Positions 1-22,134 of a stretch of DNA of 64,000 nucleotides are shown piece by piece. Source of the DNA: Chrysomallon squamiferum. Taxonomy: Eukaryota > Animalia > Mollusca. The notes below the pieces were generated by a model. The model worked only from the letters and a program-made list of their open reading frames with translations. It was not told the origin of the DNA and ran no database searches. Positions within the stretch are counted from its first letter, which is position 1; each line of letters begins with the position of its first letter. The stretch covers positions 17,422,001 to 17,486,000 of the forward strand of contig CM022674.1 of assembly GCA_012295275.1 (NCBI GenBank). Direction: 5' to 3'. Made by a program: the position numbers and the translations under genes.

Positions 1-79
1 ACATACAATAAAACAATTCTAAATTTATTTTATACAACATTTGATTTATATATAAGTAAAAAAACAAAGTACAACATAC

Positions 80-395
80 CATAATATTCTGTATTTGTCT
101 CGCTAACAAAAAAGGAAAAAGTCAATGGTTCATTGTACAGATAACACATGCTGTTTCCGCTGTTGTAGATGAAACCTTTGCAACCGAAGTAGCTGGAACA
201 TTCTGTGACGCAGCGTACTTGACTGGACACGGTCAATTCTTTTGAAGGATCTCCTGCAGGTTTCTTATCTTTGTACTGTGGTAACTTTCGAAAAGTCTTA
301 CGAGTACCAAGCTCGGAATTGGCTAAAGAAACAACGATTATCAGAATTGCTAAAACACAGAATATTATCCCGTGGATCTTTTTTATTATCTCCAT
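80..395 (-). CDS. First coding exon of a secreted PAN/apple-domain protein (probably PAN-fibrinogen type; continues off the left edge)
   Basis: Hydrophobic N-terminal segment (IIFCVLAILIIVVSLA), then the PAN cysteine pattern RCVTECSSYFGCKGFIYNSGNSMCYLY. Phase-1 donor G|GTATGT at 80/79. Close paralog at 31076-31423. Confidence 0.8.
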
Positions 396-1079
396 TTTGT
401 AAATGGTATCAATGTCGAAATTCAGATATCTGTATTCAGAAATAAATTAATCTACTTATATGAAGAGATTTCAATCGTTATTCCACAGAGCCAAATAAAC
501 TAGTAATTTCTTCTCCTAATGTTTCCAAGGCACTGTCACTACCCTAATGAACTTTTCAAATATATTAAACGTTTGACACAAGTTTCTGTTTTCAGTTCTG
601 TGTTAAATAAAACCTTTTCTAATAATTTCTGCAGCTTCTCTCGGTTCAGCTGAAATATACAGAAGCCAAACAGAACGGTAATCAAATTCGGTGAACAAAT
701 ATGTTATGCTACAGTGAATATGGATAATTTTATTAATAATGTAGTGATTATTGATATTTTTGTGTAAGTTATACTGATTCTTTCAATTCATCTGAAATAA
801 ATAGAAGGCGAACAGAATTGTTTATTCGTATAATAGTCATCAGGGAAATGATCATTTGAAATATGATTTGTTCTGTCTTGCTTCAGCGATTGGTTTAGGG
901 CGAAATGTTTGTTATCTTTCTTTTTGTTGCTGTATCTTTGTGGGTTTTTGTTACTGAGGGGAGTGTGTTTCTATATGGTTTTTCTGTGTATTTGTTATTG
1001 AGTCATGTTGTTGCTTTTGTTGTTCGTACTGTTGTTTTATTCTATTAATATATATTTGTAAGTGTATATCGTGTGGGTT

Positions 1080-1660
1080 CTAGTAGGTTTAGAGGAAGCT
1101 AGTATGTACAGAGGAATTTTTAGTATGTACATCTTGTAATAAATTTTAGTAGTATGTATATCTTGTAAATGTTTTAGTAGTAGTAGTAATAGTAATAGTA
1201 GTTTTAGAGGCAGCAATTTTAGTATTTATTTTGTTATTTTTAGTAGTAGTAATTGTAGTAATAGTATAGTAGATTTTTAGAGTATAGCTAGCATATGTAT
1301 ATTTTTTAATTTTTTAGTAATAGTAATTATAGTAATAATACAGTAGGTTTAGAGGAAGCTACTATATACATCTAGTTAATGTTTTAGTGGTTGTAATTAT
1401 AGTAATAGTATAGTAGGTTTAGAGACAGATAGCATGTATATCTTGTTAATGTTTTTTAGTAATAATAATTGTAGTAGTATAGTAGGTTTAGATAGCTAGT
1501 ATGTACATTTAGTTAATGTTTTAGTGGTTGTAATTATAGTAACAGTATAGTAGCTTTAGAGGAAGCTAGTATGTACATTTAGTTAATTTTTTAGTGGTTG
1601 TAATTATAGTAATAGTAGAGTAGGTTTAGAGGTAGCTAGTATGTACATCTTGTTAATTTT
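1080..1660. repeat. Degenerate minisatellite, about 60-70 bp unit
   Basis: Recurring tagtaggtttagaggaagctagtatgtacat...ttaatgttttagtggttgtaattatagtaa, about 8 copies. Confidence 0.85.
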
Positions 1661-1697
1661 GTTCTAATGTCACTAAACAAAATTCAAGTCAAATCAC

Positions 1698-4948
<3,251 letters not shown>

Positions 4949-5624
4949 CTTGTCTCTCGTGATAAAGGTTCCCTTGTTACAGTTAAAACTTATTTTTTCC
5001 CATATATGTATCTGGCCAACTTCTTTAGATAGCAGAAATAAAATATTGGTAATAAAAATTAAAAACGTATTTGATTTTCTTATCAGTTTATTTAATTAAT
5101 TGTTACGGTCCGTATCAAAGGCGGATCGATTGTTCTAGAACTGGCGAAGTTTCAGATGAAAATAAAAAAAAATTCAGGGTGTTTGCAAAAGTCGAAAATG
5201 CTGGGAAATATTTCGTAAGCAAATAAACAAGGATAGATTCTGAGTACCGCCCATTCTGAATTACATTTGGATGAACAAAACCAGGTTGTGTGTAGCAGAC
5301 TATATCTATCAGCTAACATAAACTAGCATACTCAGCTCCTGAATACCTGACATACTTTTCCTATCTGCTGGTTGTCAGTTTCGCCTTCCCCGTCCATCAT
5401 ACTTGTTTTATGTCCACATCGATTCCAGGAATTACAGAAATACACAATTCATGCTTGACCTGCTACAGTTCTTTATGAATTCTTTGTCGATCGGAGCGGT
5501 TGAGAGAACATAATATATTGTTTACTCGTATGAAATAATATCATAATTTAAAAAAAACATTTTTCAGTTCTATCCAAAAAGTTAAAACTGTATTTGATAA
5601 AGGACGTCATTGTTTGCACCGTGA

Positions 5625-6545
5625 TATAGGGTTAGAGTGACAGTTAGAGTTAGGATTGTTTAAACTTTATTATAAATGTTATGATAAACTGCAAAATAAT
5701 TTGAGTGTCACGATTGGAAGTAGCGTATGGTAAGATTTAAAGTTGAGGTCCTCGGTAGGATTAGGTTTAGAAGTTGAGCTAGGGTTAGGGTTAGGTTTAA
5801 GGTTAGGGTTAGGGTTAGGGTTTGGGTTAGGGTTAGGGTTTGGGTTAGGGTTAGGGTTAGCGTTAAAGCTAGGGTTATTTAAAATGTATTATGAGTGTTA
5901 TGATAAAGTGCAATGTAATTTGAGGTCACGATTGGAAGTAACGTTAGAATGAGAATTAATCTGTCGGAATTGGGTAGGATGAGGTTTAGAAGTTGTCTTA
6001 GCGTTAGGCTAAGGGTTAACACTTGGGTTATTTAAATTTAGTTTTGGGCTAGGGTTCAGTTACGCTTACTTTTAGGGTTAGGGATAGGGTTAGGGATAGA
6101 GGAAAGGTTATTTAAATTATATTATGAGTGTAATGATAATATCAGAGTCACCACTGGAAGTAGAGTTAGGATGAGGTTTAGATGTTAAGCTACGGTTAGG
6201 GTTAGAACTAGGATCATTTAAATTTTATCATTAATCTTCTGATAATATGCAAAATAATTTGGGGTCACGACTGGAATTACCGTAAGGATAAGAATTAATG
6301 TGACGGAATGCCGTAGGATTAAGTTTTGAAATTGAGCTAGGGTTAAGGTTAGGGTTAGGGTTAGACCTAGGGTTATTTAAATTGTATCACTAGTGTTAGG
6401 ATCATGTGCAAAATAATGTGTGAGTCACGATTGGAAGTAGTGAATGGTAAGAATTCATGTTCCGGACCTGCGTAGGATTAGGTTTAGAAGTTGAGCTACG
6501 TTTAGGGTTGGGTTTAGGGTTAGTGTTAGGGTTAGAGATAGGATT
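5625..6545 (+). repeat. Satellite with interstitial telomere-like (TTAGGG)n blocks in a larger ~170-200 bp unit
   Basis: gggttagggttagg runs separated by a recurring spacer (...ttatgataaa..gcaaaataattt..gtcacgattggaagtag...gtaggattaggtttagaagttgagctag), about 5 units. Confidence 0.85.
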
Positions 6546-6688
6546 ATTAAAATTAGAAAATAACAAAATAATGTTGTATCTGAAATCTACATTTTTCTTC
6601 TTTTATTTCAAACTAAATTAATTCTACGCTTACCGGATGTGCTCATTTTTATACACGAGTCCAAACAATATAGAAAACACCGTGTAAC

Positions 6689-6763
<75 letters not shown>

Positions 6764-7703
6764 TAAAAGATAATACAGATAAAAATACAGATAAATAAAT
6801 GCAAATACCTGAAACTACTTAATAATATACACGGCATTTACTTGTACAGTTTAAAATATAGATCATATGAATTCGGCCAGAATTACTTAATTATATATTT
6901 TATTGCAATGGAGCCTATATTTCCCACTTGGTTTAGTGCTGTATAAATTATTTTATTACGGAACAGTAGATTTATTGTTCAGCTGAGAGCTCCTGCCAGG
7001 ACCAAGTTTTAGTCAATTAATATCTGGACCAAAAGATAAGCCACAGACATAACGAATACAAATATAGCATGGCGTGTGTCTACATACCTGATCGACTTTA
7101 GCTCAATTGATACCATGTCATTTCCTTCGCTATCCTTTTTTACGGTCATTTTATCAGTATTTCATACAGAATTATAAAAAAGAACAACAATCATAGCTAT
7201 AACTGAAAGAAAGAAATAACTGAGCTACACAGATGTTGTTTCAGTATTTTGAACTGATCTATCTAATATACTTTTCTGACATAATTAACGCGCCATGTGT
7301 ATTATTGAACTGTACACTCATTTGCTATATGGTATCATCGCTAAACAATCAAACAAACAAACAAACAAACACAAAACAAATAAATAAATAAACAATAAAT
7401 TAATCTAACGAATGATGTACAATTATTTCGAGTTCGTGTGATAGCGCGAATGCCATGGCCGGAAGTTGGGACTCGTTTGCCATGATTTGGAACCTTACTC
7501 TACGGAAGAATGCGTCGCAATAACAGATAATAGTCGTCAAGAACAAAACAAAGCAGAAACTTGTAACAGATCAGGTGAACTGTTTTTCTGATTTATTATG
7601 CTGACTGATCTCACCAGACGATAAAATCACGGTAAGAAAAATCTGCCTTGTTACACGAATATATTATTCTTATTATTATTTTTATTATCATTATTATTAC
7701 TAC

Positions 7704-7735
<32 letters not shown>

Positions 7736-7851
7736 TTACTATTATTATTATTATGCACTGGCGTGGAAGAAATCGCTCAACATTTCAGGGAAACTAGAAG
7801 CTGTTTACAGTGAATATATCATTAAACGTATTATTCATTATATATAAATGT

Positions 7852-7914
<63 letters not shown>

Positions 7915-8664
7915 ATCTTAAGAAAAAAAAAACGAACACCACAAACACCTTAGCTATCAGTATCGCTACAGTATATCGTTATAGTATATCGTTACAGGAG
8001 GTATAAATACTCTCGTGTTAGGTTGATATGGTAGAATAGGTTTTAAGTCCATGTAACGATAAACAATATAATCGTGACATATTCAGTTTTCTGCAACGTT
8101 TAATAAATAAGACTACAATTCTATGCTTATGGTAAGTACCCGTATGTACTTCTGTATTTAATCTCTGAACTACGTCAGATGTTCTCTGTCCTTACAAATA
8201 TCACTAGCAGCACAAGAACAAATCGTAAATTTACAACATAGCTTTCGTTGGTTAATATTTATTTACTTACTTACTTATTTAATTATTTAATTATTTGTTA
8301 GTTTCTAACTTTGTTTCTGTCTTTGTTTATTACATTATTGTTATTGTTCTTATCTTTTTTCCTTTCTCCTTTTTTTTAACGAAGCGGCAAAATTATATTA
8401 TACTTATTATTTTTTAAATATCGATTGTCTATTTCATATTTATAATGCTATTTTCAGGGATTTAAACATGTACAAGAAAGAAGTAGAATGCTTGGCAGTT
8501 CGAATTTTACAAATAGTACACAAACTTACCAAAGTTTTGATAATTCAGTATTAAATGCATTTTAAAAAATAGAAAAACTGTGAATGTTATATTTAATGAT
8601 GAAAATACAACAGCTGGTGAAGATTTAAGAGAAATCACTGATTCACTGTTATATTTTATTTCAG

Positions 8665-12802
<4,138 letters not shown>

Positions 12803-13659
12803 CACAACACAGTTCTGCAGTAAATACTTCCAACACAACACCAAATTCAAATTCTACAGTAAATACTTCCAACACAACACCAAATTCAACTTCTACAGTA
12901 AATACTTCCAACACATCACCAAGTTCAACTTCCACAGATACTGCTAACGCATCATACCTATGTGCGATTCTGTGACATTTTGAAACACATTTATATCTCT
13001 TGGAATTATACTTTTTATTTATTTTTTGTTTTTGTTTTATACTTTAATTTTCTCTTAAATAATCTTGTTTTACTTGCCTTTCTGTATGCAGTGTACATTT
13101 TTATTAATAATTTCTTTGCGGTTTCGTTATTTAGGGCAAGGACATCTTAACACACGTGAACACTGGAAACTTGCCCAGGGGTCACATTAGTATGTTGTGA
13201 CTTACAGTCAATAAATAAATATAAAGCTATACTATACCATATACTATACTATACTATACTATACTATACTATACTATACTATAATATAATATAATATAAT
13301 ATAATATAATATAATATAATATAATATAATATACTTTTATATAACGTAATATAATATATTATGCTGTGAAGATTTGTTATCGGAAAATGCATATTTAGCC
13401 TGTGTTTCACTAAAGATAATAAACATTATTAAAGTTCAGTTTTATGATAACAAGTGGACATTGTGTTTGTATGCAGCCCAACGAACTGCTTGTTCCAGAG
13501 GGCTGTAATTCAGTTAAGATGGCCTTGTTTATTTTGTTAGTTGCTGGGAAGAGTTTGTTTGATTTCGTGCAACCAAAATAAAAAAAATAATAATACAAAA
13601 AAATAAAAGTTATTTTATATTTCATATTTCATATTTCATATGCACATTTCAATGTATCT

Positions 13660-14080
13660 ATTCTCAAACTGATCAGTTGTTGACTACCGCTTCTGCTAAC
13701 TCCACAAGTGCAGGATGTGTGGTTTGAAGCCATGGATAACGGACCTGATGTTCCACAGGCAGAGACATTAAATGAGTATGTGCTTTCTACATGGGTACAC
13801 GATGGTGCCAGATTTCCTTTGTTTTTGTGAAATCATCATCTGACCACTGACCCCAGAACAAAACATGATGTGGAGATTTTTCATTCCAGAATCAACTTCA
13901 CCATCCGAATATATACAGATTTGTAGAATTGATAAAAGGAATAGAAACATCAGAACCTGCTAAATTGAGGCAGACAAACTATGGATCTGCCCCACCATGA
14001 AGGGAGTTTATAAACAGACAGAACATAGATCAGTGAGACTGAAACCACAGCTAATCCTTGGCCGGGAGATTATGGTCTGC
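13660..14080 (+). mobile_element. Decayed Mutator/MULE-type transposase fragment
   Basis: Broken translation PLLLTPQVQDVWFEAM...LNEYVLSTWV...RFP and HPNIYRFVELIKG resembles the MULE transposase C-terminal half. Several stops and frameshifts. Confidence 0.6.
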
Positions 14081-15224
14081 TCCACTAAACACGGGTATAC
14101 GATGCAGTAATAATCACATTATAATTTCCTGATCTAATCTTAACACTTGATCGCAACTAACATGAAAACTGTTCAAATGTACAGTTGTATCAGGATAGCA
14201 CAGACACTTTCATGTTTATGCGATTGAGTAATGTTAAAAAAAATATATATATATATACACACACAGATCAATTTGAAATGTATTCCGAATTCATGTGGCA
14301 AGTGTACTTTAGTGCATCAGGCAAATACGTTCAGGATAAAGAGTAGTAAGTGTTGCAAAGTCGGTTGTCCATCTACTATTAATACATCGAGAGATTTAGT
14401 TACGAGCTACCGAAATCTTCACAAATATGATCGAACAGATGTAATAAAATGAATAAATGTTATGAATAACTATAATTTTATCTATGTCAATGTTATGAAT
14501 GTCCAATTATTTATAGATGTAATAAAGTGAACAAATGTTATGAATCACTATACTTTTAACTATGCAGTAAAATAAACGATGAAGTAATTTAACGATTTGT
14601 TCAGGTTATTTATTGAAACAGACTATTCCATAATCGCTTATTGTACTAGAGGTTAGCGCGCACCAGCAATTTCCATGTAAGAACAATAGCGATCTGTATT
14701 CGGAGGCACCCCGCATTGTTCAAGGTAAACGGCTTGTTATTAGTAATGCGCTCAACCTTGTCTTGTATTGTTTAATGCGTCCGCGTTATGGGACCTCAGT
14801 CTTTGGGAGGTCACCCACAGATTCACGAGTCAGTATGACACAAAGAATTACACTACACAGGTGTGTGCGTCAGTAGTATATACAAATAATTATATTACAT
14901 GGGTGTTTAGGTCAGTAGGCTATATAAGTGAATACATTACAGGGTACAACGGTCAGTACGATTTACAACGGATTATATTACAGTGGTATATGGGTCGGTA
15001 GGGTTGACAAAGATTTACATTACAGCGTTGAAGATCTGAGCATATTTCTCAAAAACAATATTACAATGAGGCAAAATACATTAAAGGAACAAGTTACATC
15101 AAACTGTGTTACAGATGTGTATGGTTATCTTTTCATTACATTTTGAAGTTCATTGTTACGTGAGATTTTTATTATAAGGCAATGTATAATTAATTATATT
15201 ACTGACGTTAAATGGATTATATGT

Positions 15225-15277
<53 letters not shown>

Positions 15278-16450
15278 AACAATTATTGATAACTGAACAC
15301 TTCTTTTTTCTTCTTTCGTACAATGATCATGTAGGCAACAGGATTGTTGGTAAATTTAAACTCACTGACTATTCAGTTATTTTATATATTTAAATATCAG
15401 TCACTATCTTGCTTATTCACACTGATACACTGAAGGAACGGAAAACAATTTAATTTACAAATTTCATTTCCTTTGTTACTTTTCCTCATATAAATGATTA
15501 CTGCTTGACAGTCACATAATAAAAAAAAGTTAGTTGGGCATAATTACATGCAACCTATATATGAAAATGAATATTACTCGTTGTCATTCAAAAAGAGTTA
15601 TGTGAAAGATGTTCATGCTTAAGAAAAGAAAAACAATGTTTTTATTTGTATTTAATATTTATCTTATTACTACTCTTTTATGTCTATACTCTTTTACCAC
15701 TGCATTAAATCAAATGTTATTATAATTTTTATGATATAAAAAAACCTGTAACTTAACTGATCTAAAGGTTCATATATATCGATAAACAAACCTATTAGAA
15801 AGAAACATACATAGATACGGACAGACAAACAGATAGATCACAGGTTGAAATATTTGGTTGTTATTATTTGTATTAGTATTATTTTATTAGTACTAGTAAT
15901 AAACAAGTCAATTAAATAGTATCTTTTATGCATTCATATTAACATATTGTATTATCTTGATTACTCATAAACAATAAAGAAAATTTACCGAATTGTTATA
16001 TATTTCTTATGAAGTTTAATGTTTAAGTCTTGTGTAATTTCCACACACAATAAATACTACCTGTAAGATATATAAATAGTTAACTACAAAATGCTTATTT
16101 ACCGTTCTAGATATTTCATACGAAAATTGATTAATAAACACTGTTTCATCTAACCAATTTGTTTCTTTAAAAGAAGCATAAACAACCAGAAACAGTAACT
16201 TGAAAAGTGTAATGACCCAGTTCAAAGAAATTAGATAAAGAGATTTTCAGAGAGAAAGAAAACAAAACTAAATCACACACACTTTACAGCTTTAGTATAG
16301 TTATTTCAGAAATGCTAAATAACAAGGTTTGAAACTATAAACATTTCATTTTTTAAATGTGATCTATGGCTACAGTATCATGGACAGTTTCAAGTCACAA
16401 CATACATGTACAGGGGAAAAGACCGCGTGCGTGCGTATGTGTATGTGTCT

Positions 16451-16500
<50 letters not shown>

Positions 16501-17204
16501 CTAAGGTGGAGGCATACATGCGTATGTATGTATGTATGTATGATTCTTTCTTTTTCGTTTACAAATGCATGAAGATAAATGAGGAGCTTCGTTCTAAATC
16601 AAATATAATATAATATCTGAAGTTTAACAATCATCATTTTACATTAAATTAACACCGTTATAACATAATGTTAATGAGAGGACACTGAATATTACTAAAC
16701 TGCTGATTAGCAACAAGAGTGTTTTATGTGAACCTTCTCAGAGACAGTACACGACATACCAGAACATTTTATAAACTCTGATTAGTATAATTCCGTAATC
16801 ATGCAAACTATTCTGTTACCAGTGAGAAAACATTTGCCACATTTTTTTTTTCTTCTATTTATGAAAATTGCTAAATAATTTAGGATCTGAAATCTACATT
16901 ATTTTTTTTTGTTATTATTATTATTTTGTTTTTATTATTATTATTTCAATACTAAATATATTCTACGCTTACCGGATATCAGACATTATTACAAAAGAGT
17001 CACAAAAATATAGTCTACACTTTGCGTACATTTTGGATCAGTCTCACCTAATGACTGACTTCTGATCCTCATGTTATCAATATCGAGAGATTTGAACACC
17101 TGGTGCTGATACGATTTGGGATCGGAGACCATCTTCAAAAACAGATTTCTCCGCAGCCGTGCTCTTTGTAGATTGCATCTCTGATTGTCGAACTCGGGGA
17201 AAAC

Positions 17205-19633
17205 CTAGTCTTCAGAATCACTCAAACTCTCTTCAACAACTTCCTTCTCAGGTTGTCGGTTGCCTTCGCATCCGTGTAAAAATAGCTCTGACGTCATCTC
17301 CACTATGACGTCCCAAGCATAGGTGATATCTTTGTCGCAGGCTCTTTCCGCGCAAATAGCGAAGCGAATGACGAAGTGTTCGTTGATTAAAGCTGGTACC
17401 ACGTGCATCTTCCGGGAACCATTGATCATGCGCAATAGCTTCTGAGTTAAAGAGTTGGGCCCCTTGAAAAGAAATGATTGTTTCGGGTAATTGCAAGACT
17501 GTTTTAAATAAGTTATACATAAATATATTTGTTTTCAGGTTTATATTTCCTTTCCTCATATTTTTTTCATTTTTTCATTTACTTATTTGCATTACTGTAA
17601 TCACTGAAGCAGTTACTATTCAGTTATTTATTTATTTATTTATTTATTTATTATGTTTACTATTCTATTAATGTTTTTATTTTTATTATGTGTATTTTAT
17701 ATTTGTTGCTCTATAAATAAATTCACATCTTATGCTAGCGAACATTAATTCTAATTTAAATCTGACCTTAAGACGGAAACAAACGAGACCCATGGTAACT
17801 TCTCCGAGTATTTCAAACCGATCATCTTTTTCTACCAGACTTTCAAACAGCTTCGCCAGACGAACATGCTGAATAATAACTTATATAAATATATACTGCT
17901 AACAAGATAATAATTAGCTGACAGAAAACACATTGTCTGTGTCACACAATAATAATATAATACATGGATATTTTTATGATGTTTATTTGATATTGTGAAG
18001 ATGGTCAATGTTGGTCTTTAACACAAAATATTAATATTTCAAAGAAGGCTTCGTGAAAAATAATAAGATAAAACACATGTAAATAAATTCAAATACCTGA
18101 AACTACCTTGTGTTCCTTGTAAGTACCTAATGTACAAGACACTTTATTGTACATATTAAAATATAAATCATATGTATTCGGCCGGAATTATTTAATTACA
18201 TATTTGCTTTAAATGGAACCTACATGTCCCATTTGGTGCAGTAATATATAATTTAAAAAACAAGAGAACAAAAACAAAGTAATGGAATATATAAAAGAAA
18301 AAATAGCCTAGCGATATGATTTATTTTATTTAAAGTCGGTTGTCATTCTATTATAGAGAAACATTTAATATAATTTAACCGATTTATATGTTAATTTGTT
18401 TTATTAATCATAATGTTTCTTATTGTTGGTGTTATTACTTGTATCATCATCATTATTATTTGTTAATATTCTTTTATTAATAATTGTTAACTCATCAAGA
18501 ACGAGAACTTTGCTATTTCACCAAATATGACTGTGAAACTTACCTCCCTGATACGATGCTGAAGCCCTTCAACGCCGTAGGTTCGTAAAACGAACCAAAG
18601 TTTCAGAGATCGAAACCGCCTGCCTAAAGGAATTCCCCAGTGCTGATAAATGAACAAATTATTAATCAATTAATTAACCAAAATACTCCGACATTTTTAT
18701 TGTTTGATGTTACAAATGACCTTCCGACCCTAGACCAGATGTAAAGACCAGACATAGATATATACATGTACATTTTTTTTTCAACTTGCTGTAATGGAAA
18801 ACAAAACAGGAAATGAAATGATCAAATGAGTAACAGCGCTTTTGTTAAATTGTATCAGTAAAAAAATGATAATGTTTCAATATAAATTAATTAATTAATA
18901 TTTACTTACTCTGAAGTCAATTGCTTGGTCACCATGTTTATGTTGTAGATAGAGTGGATCAACAGTTAGAGCTCCCGATAATGTGTCCTGTTCTCTCACC
19001 CTGAAATAAATATATACATAGACAAACAGAGAGACAGATACATACGTATTTATAGATATATAAATAGAGACATAAACATGTATATGTATCTACATAGATA
19101 GACATAAAGATATACAAATATAGAGATAGACGTATGAATAAATAAAACACATATTGATAAGTAAATAAATAAATAAATAAATTATCAGACAGAAACACTG
19201 ACAGACAGATAGATACATGTAAAAATTGTTGAATAAATAAATAAATATTAAATAAACACCCAAATAAGTAAGGAAATAGGGATAATGTAACCAGATATGT
19301 AAATTAATTTCTTATTTATATTTAATCCTTACCACATCAATGAACAGTCAAAATTTACTTGCAACCATTTATTTGTGCTGACATTCAGAGAGTTGGCATT
19401 CTACAAATTAAAACAAAAATATGAATGGAAACACTTTTATACCAAAACGGACTTTTTAATATGTCAACCTTTGACCTACATGTTTGTAAATAAGCTAATA
19501 AACCTGAAATGAATTTTTGTCCTTTATCACTGTAATATTTTTATACGTGAGAATCATTTTAGTGTATGTCAAAAATACTTCTCTTTCTTAAGCATTGTTG
19601 TTCTTAATGTTTTTGTCGTTATTGATATGTAAA

Positions 19634-19724
<91 letters not shown>

Positions 19725-20011
19725 TAATCTCAAATACCTCAACCCCTTTTAAAAGATGTTGAAATTCAGGACAGATGAAGGCGTTGCCGGCGTATGCAGC
19801 GTCGACGTGAAGCCAGACGTCCTCTTTGGCGCACACCTCACCAATTTCCTCCAGATTGTCGAATGAACAGCAAGCCGTCGTCCCCAACGTAGCACACACC
19901 TACAAAACAAAACTCAGACTACGAGGAGCAAAATAAACATGACGTAAACAAGTACAAAAGACGCAAACAAGCATACAAACAAACAAACAAACAGATACAT
20001 AGATGATAGAT

Positions 20012-20042
<31 letters not shown>

Positions 20043-21792
20043 GAGATAGACAGACAGACATATAGATAGAAGGATGGATAGATGGATGGATGGATGAAAG
20101 GATGGAGAGATAGGTAGATCGTACAAAAATCTAAAAACAAACAAAGAAAAGCGCACTTAAACAGATAATAAACAAGGAAAGGGATACGCATATGTGGACA
20201 TCTTTACACAGCATAAAACACACAAACGCACACCAAAAATACTTACGTAGAAAGGTATCAGTCCCAGTCGACGGTCTTCCTTCAAAAATATGTAGATAAA
20301 AATATTTAATATTAAACATAAAAAAGAAAGAAATAATACTAACTTATATCAGTTACATTTTTGATAGGATCTTTAGAATGGTTTACAAAAGAACAATTTA
20401 ACATTAATACTATTAATGTAATTTGTACAAATATGTCTATATTTTTTTTTATTATTTTTTTTTTTTGCATTAATGATGTACAATATGTAAGTAATACTAT
20501 AAAATACAAATATTTTACAAAATATTTACATCAGTGTTAAAGCAAAATGTTGACATAAATATAAAATGATATCTAAAAAAATTGTTTACAATGAAATTGT
20601 TGGACATATTGTACATTAAAAAATATATAAAAAAAATATTTATTAGTATTATGAAAACAATTTACGTTAATATGATGAATATTTTATATTGGTATTATAA
20701 ATACATTCAACATTAATATTGTAAGTAATTTACACTAATCCTGCTAATAATATGCATATTTTAAACGTTATTTACAAACAAATAAAAACATAATAAAGTT
20801 TCAAAAAGCAAACCCTTCAGTACCATTAAAGCCATTGTTTTTAAACTCTGTTTACCTCTATTGCCCGTTCTAGAACGTGTCCCCGTAGTGAGAACTTCTC
20901 GTCAACATCTAGTTGTCTCATCTTGACAAAACCAATCATTGCAGCTTTCTCAACACACGAATGAGCCTGAAACGTGTCAAAGTGGATCCCGTAGTTTTCA
21001 GTACGAAACGTCTCAGTGAAAACAAACTGGTAAGTAAAAGTGTGGAACCCAAGAAAACAGATATCAAGATAGATCGATAGACGGACGAATGAACAAAATA
21101 GTCTGACTGATTAGGAGGCTCATATGGAGAGACTGACACTTATAAATTAATATACAGACAGAGAGATGGACGTACTGACAACGATACATAGATATATAGA
21201 CAGAGATGGACGGACAGAGATAGAAAGACAAAAGTACAGAGGGATAGTTTTGAAAGACAGATAATACAGTAAGTAGATAAACTAAAAGATAATACAGTAA
21301 ATAAACTAACAAACTGAACCATAAACGATACATAATGAAGGACAGATCACATACAATTAATACTGACTAGTTTTGACGAATAAGCTACGAGTCTCGATAA
21401 CAACATTCCATCTTCGATGAAAGGGAGGCGACTCTTGAGTTTGCCGATAGCGGCATGTCTGGCGGCGAGTAAGGCTACAAGCACACACTCGCTAGCTGAT
21501 CCCTGGATATTAAACATTAATTATTTTAATGTTTACTCTGGATTTTGTATATTAAATATGTATTTTTTTAGTGCTTACTGTAGATTTTGCAGAAAGAATT
21601 GATCATTAACTTGTTATGACTATTTCAAAACCTTGAACCGTTAAATTTTGACTGTCAAACATGATGATCAAAATATCATATTTAAACGTCTGCCTGAGAT
21701 ATGTAGTTATATCTCTCTCTCTCTCTCTCTATCTATATGGATGGATAGATAGATAGATAGATACACAGATACATAGATGCATAGAGATACAT

Positions 21793-21855
<63 letters not shown>

Positions 21856-22098
21856 CTTAACGATATAAAAACAAAACACTCTTAATTTTCTGCGACGTCA
21901 AGTCAGACATTTTCTTCACTATCTAACAAAGACTTATTGATTATCCATTTGATTGATAAGTTAACAGGTAGATTTATTTTAAAACTAATAAGAATCTAAA
22001 GGACACGCCTATAGCATCTTTGTACCTGAATAACTCCGCCCCCTCTTCCTGATTCGTTCAAAAAGGTTTTGGGCAGGCCAATCAGTTTTCCTGAAGTG

Positions 22099-22134
<36 letters not shown>

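Noticed and set aside
5743-5952. Gly-Leu repeat ORF
   Set aside because: Translation of (TTAGGG)n.
14768-15146. Two overlapping short ORFs with coding-like composition
   Set aside because: No recognisable motif or consistent splice structure.
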